Positions 8,437 to 16,954 of a stretch of DNA of 64,000 nt are shown piece by piece. Origin of the DNA: Pontiella sp. (GTDB lineage: Bacteria; Verrucomicrobiota; Kiritimatiellia; Kiritimatiellales; Pontiellaceae); the NCBI GenBank assembly GCA_050290185.1, contig JBNKHE010000009.1:1-64000 (forward strand). The letters run 5' to 3'. The position numbers and the translations under genes were made by a program. The stretch's first letter is position 1, and each line of letters begins with the position of its first letter. The notes under the pieces were generated by a model that worked only from the letters and a program-made list of their open reading frames with translations, was not told where the DNA came from and made no database searches.

Positions 8437-10218
8437 ATGAGCAAGAAACAAAAGCTGGAGCTGACGTGGATTGGGAAGGATGAGCAGGCGGTGCTGGAGC
8501 CCCGCATTCTGATCGAGGACCCGGAAAAGAGCTATGGCGACCCCCATTCCGAAAACATGCTGATCCACGGCGACAACCTGCTTGCCCTGAAAGCCCTCGA
8601 ACAAAAGTTTGCAGGTAAGGTGAAGTGCATCTATATCGACCCGCCATTTAATACAGGGCAGGCATTCGATAATTACGATGATGGCCTCGAACATTCATTG
8701 TGGTTGAGCCTAATGAGAAATCGTGCAATTCACTTAAAGAATCTATTGAGTGAGGATGGATCTCTATTTGTTCATATCGATGATAATGAAATCGGGTACC
8801 TCATCGTCTTATTGGATGAAATCTTTGGTCGTGGGAACCGAATCTCAATAGTCACCTTCAAGCAAGGCTCTGCTACAGGTCATAAAGCAATCAATCCTGG
8901 GGTGGTTACTACAACGAATTATATTCTTCTGTATGCGAAGAACAAATCACTTTGGTCGCCACACAGGGTGTTTACAGCAAGAGGACGTGATGAGCGATAC
9001 TCCCAGTTCATAGATAATTACGATGATAAATATGAGAACTGGAGTTTGATTCCCTTAAGTCAGGCCGTTGCAAAATCTCTAGGGATTGAGCCACGGGCGT
9101 TAAAAAGAACACTAGGGACAACATATGATAGCGTTTTTGATGAGTTCGTTTTGCAAAATGCACATCGCGTGATTCAGTTAGCCCGTCCAGATTATAATTC
9201 TGTTGGACAAAATGTACGGGACACGATTGATGTCTCAAACCAGGAACCTGATAGAGTTTTTCTACTCAAGAGAGAAAATCATTCAGATATGTTTTTCATA
9301 GGAGGTCGGAGGCTTCTTTTTTACAAGAATAAGCTGAAGAAGATCGATGGCCAGCTAGTTGCCGGAGAACCTTTGACAAATCTGTGGCACGACTTGCTTT
9401 CTAATAACCTACATAAAGAGGGTGGCGTTAAATTCCCAAAGAGTAAGAAGCCAGAGGCTTTAATTAAGCGTGTGCTTGAGTTGGCGACAAACAAAGGAGA
9501 TCTGGTACTGGATTCATTTTTAGGCTCTGGGACAACCGTCGCGGTTGCTCACAAGATGGGACGTAAATGGATTGGCGTGGAACTGGGCGAACACTGTGAT
9601 TCCCATTGCCTTCCTAGATTACGTGTGGTGTGCGATGGCTCAGATCAAGATGGGGCATCTAAAGCAGTGAGTTGGAAAGGCGGCGGCGGCTTCAAATATT
9701 ATGATCTTGCGCCGAGCCTGTTGAAACAGGACAAGCACGGAAACTATGTGATTTCGGAGGAGTACAACGCCGACATGCTGGCGGCGGCGATGGCGCGGCA
9801 GGAGGGCTTTACCTACCAACCGCATCAGGAGCTGTATTGGAAGCAGGGCTATTCCACTGAGCAGGATTTCATCTTTACCACCACCGGCCATGTAACGGCC
9901 ACGATGCTCGACACCATTGCCGAGGAGATGGCCGAGGGCGAACACCTGCTGATCTGCTGCAAGAAATTCGACACGGCGTGTACGAACCGTCACCCGAACA
10001 TCCAGGTCAAAAAGATTCCGGCGATGCTGATGGGCCGCTGCGAATTCGCCAAAGAGGACTACAGCCTCAACATCGTCAACCTGACCGATGCCGAAAACGC
10101 CCCCGAATTTGTGCCGGAAGGCCCTGGAGATGTGGGGAAGAAGTCGGATGGCGGAGGGCAGAAGTCGGCATCCCGTAAGCGCGGGAATAAGAATCCTCAG
10201 CAAGGGGAACTGTTTTAG
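8437..10218 (+). CDS. mod: Type III restriction-modification methyltransferase (Mod, beta-class amino-methyltransferase)
   Basis: KLELTWIGK N-terminus, IHGDNL, YIDPPFNTG (motif IV), KPEALI, LDSFLGSGTT (motif I), WKGGGGFKYY. Confidence 0.93.
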   Translation: MSKKQKLELTWIGKDEQAVLEPRILIEDPEKSYGDPHSENMLIHGDNLLALKALEQKFAGKVKCIYIDPPFNTGQAFDNYDDGLEHSLWLSLMRNRAIHLKNLLSEDGSLFVHIDDNEIGYLIVLLDEIFGRGNRISIVTFKQGSATGHKAINPGVVTTTNYILLYAKNKSLWSPHRVFTARGRDERYSQFIDNYDDKYENWSLIPLSQAVAKSLGIEPRALKRTLGTTYDSVFDEFVLQNAHRVIQLARPDYNSVGQNVRDTIDVSNQEPDRVFLLKRENHSDMFFIGGRRLLFYKNKLKKIDGQLVAGEPLTNLWHDLLSNNLHKEGGVKFPKSKKPEALIKRVLELATNKGDLVLDSFLGSGTTVAVAHKMGRKWIGVELGEHCDSHCLPRLRVVCDGSDQDGASKAVSWKGGGGFKYYDLAPSLLKQDKHGNYVISEEYNADMLAAAMARQEGFTYQPHQELYWKQGYSTEQDFIFTTTGHVTATMLDTIAEEMAEGEHLLICCKKFDTACTNRHPNIQVKKIPAMLMGRCEFAKEDYSLNIVNLTDAENAPEFVPEGPGDVGKKSDGGGQKSASRKRGNKNPQQGELF

Positions 10219-10251
10219 CCACAAGATGCATAAGAGTTGGAGAAGAATACC

Positions 10252-11817
10252 GTGAGCGATAAACCATTTGAAGTTACCAGCGATTGGGTTCAACGGCTAC
10301 TGAAAGCCCCCGAGTTTGAGCAGCAGGATTTTAAACGGGCTGGCGCAGTAAAAAGCGTTTTGAAAACAGCGTGCGCCATGGCGAACGGTGATGGTGGACT
10401 CATTATTTTCGGAGTGGATGATCCGAAGAACGGTGCGAGCGAGGATCGATTACTTGGCATTGAGGAAAATCCTGAAGCATTGGGCGAGGTTAAGCGTGGG
10501 TTTTACGATGAGATCGAACCCCCATTGGATGCCCCGGAGACCAAATACCCGGAGTTTATGGAGGTTCCGATCAAGAAGTCATCGGGTGAGATCATAACGG
10601 TTTTCCTGATCAGAATAAGCAAAAGCAATAGTGTCCATTCGTACAACAATGCGACCTATGTCCGTTCCGGGAGCCAGAGCAGGCAGATTAATGCACAGCA
10701 AATTCATAAGCTTTGTCTGCGCCGAGGTGTGGATTCTGTTGTGAATCAACCGGTCGATATTCCCGTCGAATTGCTGGAGACGGAATGGTGGCGGCAATAT
10801 GCCCGACAGCGGGAGCTGACCCGGGATGCGGCGGATGCCATGAAGCACTTGGGGCTGCTTGTTAACGATGGTGCTGAATGGAAGCCGACGATGGCTGCAG
10901 TTCTACTATTTGCAGAGGAGCCTAATGGTTTGTTGGGCAGGAAGTGCTCCATTCGCATCTTCCACTATCACGGACATGAAATTGAATATGATTCCGATAC
11001 CAACTTGGTTCGTCCGCCAGTCACCGTCAGTGGACCGCTTTTAAAACAAATCCGTTTGGCAGTTGAGGTCGTTTCCAGAGAACTGAATTCCGGTGTGCAG
11101 AGAACAAAGGATGGCTTCGATTTAAAGCAGCAGTATCCTGAGAAAGTGATCCAGGAGGCCATTACCAACGCTGTGCTTCATCGTGACTACAGTACTCCAG
11201 GAGACATACATGTGCGCATCTTTACCAATCGTGTGGAGGTCGAAAGCCCAGGATCTTTCCCGGGGGCAGTGACATCAGGGAACATCGGAGAAGTCGGCAG
11301 TCATCCGCGGAATCCAAAACTTACTGACCATATCCGGGAATTTCCTGTTCCTCCAAACCTGGATGCCGGCGAAGGGGTGCGGATGATGCGTTCGACCATG
11401 GATCGTCTGGGATTGTATCCTCCAGTTTTTCAGGAGGAGTCTAAGCAGCGTAAAGAGGTCGTGCTGGTCCGCATTTCCAACGAGGCTAAACTTTCCGAGT
11501 GGGAGTTGGTTAAGGATTATCTAAATGAACATGATTCGATAGGAAACAAGGAACTGCGCACCATCCTTAATCTGGCAACCTCGGAAAGCCATAAGGGCTC
11601 CCGGCTTTTTAAAGAGTGGGTTGATTCCGGACTTTTAAAGATTGCAAACCCGAAAGAGGGAACTCGAAATCGACGATATGTTTTAGCGACCAAACCTGAG
11701 TTGTTTGCAGGATCCCTTGCAATCAATGAAGGAGATAGTCTTATGTCTATCATTGGCAAAGGGTTATTCAGCACGTTGCTTGCACTGGATACTGCGAGGA
11801 GAAATGAAGGGCAGTAG
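10252..11817 (+). CDS. AlbA_2 (Schlafen-like) + HATPase_c_4 + C-terminal wHTH protein
   Basis: EFEQQDFK...CAMANGDGGLIIFGVDD (AlbA_2); EAITNAVLHRDY, ESPG, RNPKL, GEGV (HATPase_c_4); C-terminal HTH-like segment. GTG 10252 has an upstream GGAG. Confidence 0.85.
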   Translation: MSDKPFEVTSDWVQRLLKAPEFEQQDFKRAGAVKSVLKTACAMANGDGGLIIFGVDDPKNGASEDRLLGIEENPEALGEVKRGFYDEIEPPLDAPETKYPEFMEVPIKKSSGEIITVFLIRISKSNSVHSYNNATYVRSGSQSRQINAQQIHKLCLRRGVDSVVNQPVDIPVELLETEWWRQYARQRELTRDAADAMKHLGLLVNDGAEWKPTMAAVLLFAEEPNGLLGRKCSIRIFHYHGHEIEYDSDTNLVRPPVTVSGPLLKQIRLAVEVVSRELNSGVQRTKDGFDLKQQYPEKVIQEAITNAVLHRDYSTPGDIHVRIFTNRVEVESPGSFPGAVTSGNIGEVGSHPRNPKLTDHIREFPVPPNLDAGEGVRMMRSTMDRLGLYPPVFQEESKQRKEVVLVRISNEAKLSEWELVKDYLNEHDSIGNKELRTILNLATSESHKGSRLFKEWVDSGLLKIANPKEGTRNRRYVLATKPELFAGSLAINEGDSLMSIIGKGLFSTLLALDTARRNEGQ

Positions 11818-11874
11818 AAAATATAGCGATTTAGAGGTTCTTGGATTGCTTGCAAACTTGCCTGCAAGCAATCC
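11701..11874. repeat. Three palindromes TTGnTTGCA-N8-TGCAAnCAA
   Basis: 11701-11726; 11776-11801 (right arm degenerate); 11843-11874 (perfect 12-bp arms GGATTGCTTGCA/TGCAAGCAATCC). Confidence 0.7.
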
Positions 11875-12038
11875 TGTTAAATTTTATAAACCCTACAATG
11901 CGAAGTAGATGAGTTGTTGGTTTCTTGCGGGAGTGGGTTTTTTGGTTAATCAGCCGACAGGTGGAATACAAGAACAAGAACCCAGATAAAAAGACAGGCG
12001 ATATATGGACATTTTCAGGGATCATAAGGTGCAAATGC

Positions 12039-12164
12039 AGGATCCGGAATCAGGTGGGTAAAATGAGACATAGAAACCCAGATCTCATTTTTTGAATGTA
12101 AACTTTAGATATAAATAGCTGTAGCTCATTTTTAGGATCCGAAACTGAGGTATGAAAAATGAGC
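12039..12164. repeat. Cluster of AAAATGAG inverted and direct repeats upstream of res
   Basis: AAAATGAGA(12060)..TCTCATTTT(12083); GCTCATTTTT(12124)..AAAAATGAGC(12155). Confidence 0.6.
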
Positions 12165-12193
12165 GTTAATTTTGGGAATGGGGAAGAAGATTT

Positions 12194-14869
12194 ATGAATA
12201 CCAAAGCAAACTATGTCCGTAGCCGGTTGAGTCTCCGGAAACCCCAGGCCGAGAGTCTGGAGATCCTTCAGGAATTGACCGATGTACTGGAGTTGAAGAA
12301 GAATCCAGACTTGGCTGCCGAGCTGGCCAAGGTTCAGGCGCGTTACCCCATCTGCGCCGACTTCGAGCGCGATTTCATATCGATCTGCTTTGCGCTGGCA
12401 ACCGGTGTGGGGAAAACCCGTCTGATGGGCGCGTTTATTTCCTATCTTTACCTTGAAAAGGGAATCAGGAATTTCTTCGTAATGGCCCCGAACCTGACGG
12501 TCTACGACAAACTGATCACCGATTTTTCGCAGCCAACGCATCCAAAGTATGTTTTCAGGGGGATCGCGGAATTTGTGACCAAACCACCGTTGGTCATTAC
12601 CGGGGATTCATACACCAAGCATGAAAGTACCCGGCAGGATGACATGTACACATCCATCCGAATCAACGTATTCAATATCTCCAAGCTGAACTCGGAAACC
12701 CGTGGCGGCAAGGAACCCCGGATTAAACGATTGCAGGAGTGTCTGGGTGATTCCTACTTCAACCATCTGGCCAGTCTGGACGACTTGGTGCTGCTGATGG
12801 ATGAAAGCCATCATTACCGGGCCGACCGGGGCATGGCGGTGATCAATGAACTGAATCCGATTCTGGGGCTGGAGTTGACCGCTACTCCCCAGGTAGAGCG
12901 GGGGCAAAACAGCATCAAGTTCAAGAACGTGGTCTATGAATACTCGCTGGCCAGGGCGATCCGGGATGGGTATGTCAAAGAACCCGCAGTGGCAACCCGT
13001 AAGGAATTCAACCCTGATGGCTACACTCCTGAGGAGTTGGATCGAATCAAGCTGGAGGATGGGGTACGTATCCACGAGCATACCCGCAATCAGTTGGACA
13101 TCTTTGCCAGGGACAATAAAGCCGATTTGGTGAAGCCATTCGTTCTCGTGGTGGCCAAGGATACGGAGCATGCTTCCCAATTGATGTCCTTGATCCAGTC
13201 TACGCGATTCTTTGAGGGACGCTATGCTGACAAGGTAATGGAGATCCATTCCAACCAGACCGGTTCGGAAAAGGAAGAAAACGTGCAGCATTTGCTGTCG
13301 TTGGAAGATCCCAAGAGCCGCATCGAGATCGTGATTCACGTCAACATGCTGAAGGAAGGCTGGGACGTGACGAATCTCTACACCATCATTCCGTTGCGTA
13401 CTGCGGCTTCCATGACGCTTCGGGAGCAGACGATTGGCCGTGGTCTTCGGTTGCCCTACGGAAAACGTACCGGTGTCAAACAGGTGGATCTACTGACCAT
13501 CATTGCCCATGACAAGTTCCAACAGATTGTGGATGCAGCAAATGACCCGAACTCTCTGATCCGGAAGGAGAATATCATCGAGATCGATCCCGATGCCCTG
13601 CTCCATAAGAAGGAGGTCGTTACAGCGGTTTCGATTTTGGAGGAGGAGATTCAGGAAGAACGTAAAAAGGTCGAACAGATTGAGTCTAAGGAGGAGCGGC
13701 AACAGGCCACCTTCAAACTCGATGCCAAGGCGGCCATTTTGGAGGTTCTTCCGGAAATCGGAAAGACGGCGTCGAGTACGTCCGATCTGCTGACCGATGA
13801 GGTTAAGAAACGTGTTGTGGCTAAAGTACGGGAGAGGGTGCAATCCGACCCTCAACAGAACCTGTTTGCTGCCGAAATTGTAAAGGAGGCCGAAGCCCGA
13901 TATCTGGATGATGCCAGGGATTTCATTGCCCGCATCATTGAGATTCCGAGAATCATGATTGTCCAGAAAGGTGAGGTGGTTTCAGGCTTCAACGATTTCG
14001 AGCTGGATACCTCCGCCCTGAATTTTCAGCCGGTTTCGGAGGAAATATACCGGCGGTCATTACAGAGTAACGAAGTGGACCACATTACCGGGAGCGGAGG
14101 AATAGAGCAGGATCGTTTGGACAATGTGCTGGTTAATGAGTTGCTCAACCAGCCAGAGGTTGATTACGACGATCAGGCCGATCTTCTCTTCAAGCTTACC
14201 GGTCAGGTGATCAGTCACTTAGGGTCATATCTCGATGAAAAAGAAATGCAGAACGTTATCGTGTATCACAAAAGAGCCATTGCAGATCAGATCTACTCCC
14301 AGATGATGCAGCACTTCTTTATCGAGGAACCGGAGTACGAGGATACAAAGGTCTATCCCTTCGTTCAGATTGAGTCTCATAACTTTGAAAAGCTGACGGA
14401 TGACCGCATTCACGATTTCAAGGAGACTATCAATCCTACCTCGTCCATCCCGTCCAAGGTGTTCGTCGGTTTCCAGAAAGCCTGTCACCTGAAGTACAAG
14501 TTCGACTCCAAGACGGAAAAGGATTTTTCCATGCTCCTGGAAGAAGACGGACAAGTGTTGAAATGGATGCGCCCCGCAAGAAACCAGTTCACAATTCTCT
14601 ATGCGCGAAATACGAAGCGGTATGAACCGGACTTCGTGGTGGAAACAGAGTCGGTCATCTTCATGGTGGAAACCAAAAGCCAGCGGGACATGGGAACAGA
14701 GGATGTGGCGAAGAAGACCGAGGCGGCTTTGACCTACTGCTCCAACGCAACCACATTCACGACATCCAATGGCGGGAAGCCATGGAAATATCTGCTGATT
14801 CCGCATGACGCAGTTATGCACAACATGAGTTTTGATGGCCTGGCATCCAAGTACGAGGTGCGTGGCTAA
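12194..14869 (+). CDS. res: Type III restriction endonuclease Res subunit (SF2 helicase + PD-(D/E)xK nuclease)
   Basis: LATGVGKT, LMDESHHY, LTATP, LKEGWDV, EQTIGRGLRLP; C-terminal YEPDFVVE...VETK. Confidence 0.93.
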   Translation: MNTKANYVRSRLSLRKPQAESLEILQELTDVLELKKNPDLAAELAKVQARYPICADFERDFISICFALATGVGKTRLMGAFISYLYLEKGIRNFFVMAPNLTVYDKLITDFSQPTHPKYVFRGIAEFVTKPPLVITGDSYTKHESTRQDDMYTSIRINVFNISKLNSETRGGKEPRIKRLQECLGDSYFNHLASLDDLVLLMDESHHYRADRGMAVINELNPILGLELTATPQVERGQNSIKFKNVVYEYSLARAIRDGYVKEPAVATRKEFNPDGYTPEELDRIKLEDGVRIHEHTRNQLDIFARDNKADLVKPFVLVVAKDTEHASQLMSLIQSTRFFEGRYADKVMEIHSNQTGSEKEENVQHLLSLEDPKSRIEIVIHVNMLKEGWDVTNLYTIIPLRTAASMTLREQTIGRGLRLPYGKRTGVKQVDLLTIIAHDKFQQIVDAANDPNSLIRKENIIEIDPDALLHKKEVVTAVSILEEEIQEERKKVEQIESKEERQQATFKLDAKAAILEVLPEIGKTASSTSDLLTDEVKKRVVAKVRERVQSDPQQNLFAAEIVKEAEARYLDDARDFIARIIEIPRIMIVQKGEVVSGFNDFELDTSALNFQPVSEEIYRRSLQSNEVDHITGSGGIEQDRLDNVLVNELLNQPEVDYDDQADLLFKLTGQVISHLGSYLDEKEMQNVIVYHKRAIADQIYSQMMQHFFIEEPEYEDTKVYPFVQIESHNFEKLTDDRIHDFKETINPTSSIPSKVFVGFQKACHLKYKFDSKTEKDFSMLLEEDGQVLKWMRPARNQFTILYARNTKRYEPDFVVETESVIFMVETKSQRDMGTEDVAKKTEAALTYCSNATTFTTSNGGKPWKYLLIPHDAVMHNMSFDGLASKYEVRG

Positions 14870-14944
14870 TGCCTACTGTTTTTGAAGCTGATGTTAAAAT
14901 CAAAACTCTTGTGAGTAGCCATAACGGTTAATAAGGAGCACCGC

Positions 14945-15979
14945 ATGAGCGCATTGGATGGGGCGGTAGTAGTTTTAGAACAGGCCGGAAAGCCTTTGCA
15001 TTATAGGGAGATTACCGAGCGCATGGTTAAGTTCGGTATTTGGAGCACCAAGGGAAAAACACCCGAAGCGACCGTCAACGCGCAACTGGCCGTGGACATC
15101 AAAAAGAGCGGCAAGGCCTCCCGATTCATGCGCTTCGGGCGTGGGATCTTCGGTCTCAATACTGATCGCGCAGAAGTCTCGCCGGCCAAAGAATGCCGCT
15201 CTGAGAACCAAGTCTTGTACATTGCCAAGGCCGGTACCTGCTCGTTTACAGATGCCGCCGAGCGCATCCTCAACGGTGCCGGCGGCCAGCCCATGCATTA
15301 CCGCGACATTACCCGGCACGCCCTTGACCACAAGCTGCTCAATACCCAGGGTAAGACCCCCGAGGCCACGATGTATGCCCAGGTGCTGACGGAAACCCGC
15401 CGTCGCAAGCTACGGGGCGAGCAACCTCGCTTCATGATGCTCGGCAAAGGCATGGTGGCACTCAGCCGCTGGGAGGCGCAAGGTGTGGCCTATCAGGTGG
15501 AGCAATCCAACCGTAAGGCGCGCGCCGAACTGCTGAAACGGATCAAGACCATGCCGCCCGCGGATTTCGAGGAACTGGTAGGCGAACTGCTAGCCGCCAT
15601 CGGCTTCGATGAAGTGGAGGTTACCTCCCGTTCCAAGGATGGAGGCATCGATGTCCGCGGTAGACTGGTTGTCGGCGATGTGATCCGCACCCGCTTGGCG
15701 GTTCAGGTTAAACGCTGGAAGAACAACGTACAGGCTCCCGTCATCCAGCAGGTACGTGGTAGCTTGGGGGCCCACGAACAGGGGCTGATCATCACTACCA
15801 GCGATTTTAGTAAAGGTGCCCGCAATGAGGCTGAGCGATCCGATGCTACTCCCGTCGGTCTAATGGCAGGTGAGCAGCTGGTCGGCCTATTGGTCGAGAA
15901 TGAGATCGGCGTTAAACGAACTCCTCTTAACCTCATAGAGATTGCTGACGGCTCCTCGATGGAGAATAAGCAGCTGTAG
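14945..15979 (+). CDS. Mrr-family restriction endonuclease with two N-terminal HARE-HTH domains
   Basis: Two copies of P(L/M)HYR(E/D)IT...GKTPEAT; FEELV, DGGIDV, AVQVKRW, IITTSDFS (Mrr_cat). Confidence 0.88.
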   Translation: MSALDGAVVVLEQAGKPLHYREITERMVKFGIWSTKGKTPEATVNAQLAVDIKKSGKASRFMRFGRGIFGLNTDRAEVSPAKECRSENQVLYIAKAGTCSFTDAAERILNGAGGQPMHYRDITRHALDHKLLNTQGKTPEATMYAQVLTETRRRKLRGEQPRFMMLGKGMVALSRWEAQGVAYQVEQSNRKARAELLKRIKTMPPADFEELVGELLAAIGFDEVEVTSRSKDGGIDVRGRLVVGDVIRTRLAVQVKRWKNNVQAPVIQQVRGSLGAHEQGLIITTSDFSKGARNEAERSDATPVGLMAGEQLVGLLVENEIGVKRTPLNLIEIADGSSMENKQL

Positions 15980-15989
15980 GGCTGATTAA

Positions 15990-16628
15990 ATGAAAGAAAT
16001 TGACCTCCAGATTGGTTTTTCTACAGGAATGCAGCTCGATGTGTCGAAGCTGTATGCGCCCCCTCCTGCTGGTCAGAATCAGGTATTACTCGGCGCTATG
16101 AATGTACAGGAGCTTCGTGAAGAAATTGAGATAGCTCGGCGGAACGGAGCTCAAGTTGTTTGGGCAGCGCTTGAGGTCGAACAGGCCATGGAGCACATCA
16201 TTTCGGATCACATGTTTTTCCCCATGGGAATTATGCCACCGCGTGATTTCTTCAATAGGCACATCCTGACCAGCAGTTTCTTTGGTTTTGCGCCCAAAAA
16301 GGAACTCGTCCGGGAGATAGTTAATAAACGTGGCCTTTTGGACGCTAAGGAAAAGAATACTTTGCCCGGCCATTTAAAGAAGGTAATGGACAGGCGCAAC
16401 GCTTTCGCTCATGGGAAGATCACTGGCATGCAGGATCAAGGGTGCTTTTTAGAGTACTTTTCAGGGGGCCAGAAAGAGGTCTTGCTCACAGATAAATTCT
16501 GGGAGGAGCTGACCACTGCCTTCCTAGGAGCCAAAGCGCTCCTTAAAAAGGCTCGCTCAGAGTTACTCAAGCAATATGTTGCGTCTGTATCAGTTCCGGC
16601 GGCTTTTGATTCGGGGGCGGGCATCTGA
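15990..16628 (+). CDS. Hypothetical protein with a HEPN-like RxxxxH motif
   Basis: All-alpha-looking sequence; ALEVEQAMEHII upstream and RNAFAH motif; 10 nt after the Mrr stop. Confidence 0.6.
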   Translation: MKEIDLQIGFSTGMQLDVSKLYAPPPAGQNQVLLGAMNVQELREEIEIARRNGAQVVWAALEVEQAMEHIISDHMFFPMGIMPPRDFFNRHILTSSFFGFAPKKELVREIVNKRGLLDAKEKNTLPGHLKKVMDRRNAFAHGKITGMQDQGCFLEYFSGGQKEVLLTDKFWEELTTAFLGAKALLKKARSELLKQYVASVSVPAAFDSGAGI

Positions 16629-16639
16629 ACGCCGTCTGC

Positions 16640-16861
16640 TTAGAAATCCATCAATTGATCCCACTCGCTACCCAATGCTTGTTGGATGCGGGAGGCCGTT
16701 GTAATTAGAATGTTCGTCTGACCTGCCTCGATCTTTTGAATGGTGCGGATATTCAAATCCGCCAGCTCGGCCAGCTTTTCCTGAGTGATTCCCTTCTCAT
16801 TGCGCAGTCGGCGGATATTGCCGCCAAAGGTTTTGAGCTGATTTTTAACCGCTAGTTTCAT
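16640..16861 (-). CDS. XRE/Cro-C1 HTH transcriptional regulator (C-protein-like)
   Basis: FGGNIRRLRNEKGITQEKLAELADLNIRTIQKIEAGQTN, 73 aa. Confidence 0.9.
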   Translation of the reverse strand: MKLAVKNQLKTFGGNIRRLRNEKGITQEKLAELADLNIRTIQKIEAGQTNILITTASRIQQALGSEWDQLMDF

Positions 16862-16919
16862 TACGGCGCACTATGCCGCAATGAATCCTTTGACAGTACG
16901 GCACAACAGGGCGTAAGAT
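16861..16919. promoter_or_regulatory. Divergent control region: two operators and a sigma70 promoter for the 16955 gene
   Basis: TACGGC-N7-GCCGCA (16862-16880) and TACGGC-N7-GGCGTA (16897-16915). TTGACA(16890)-18 nt-TAAGAT(16914) brackets the second operator. Confidence 0.7.
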
Positions 16920-16954
16920 TTCTCCGTTTCAACAAAGCGATCTCTGGGAAGGCC

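Noticed and set aside
9679..9690. GGCGGCGGCGGC as a phase-variation tract in mod
   Set aside because: It is a trinucleotide repeat encoding the conserved GGGG motif, so slippage would not shift the frame.
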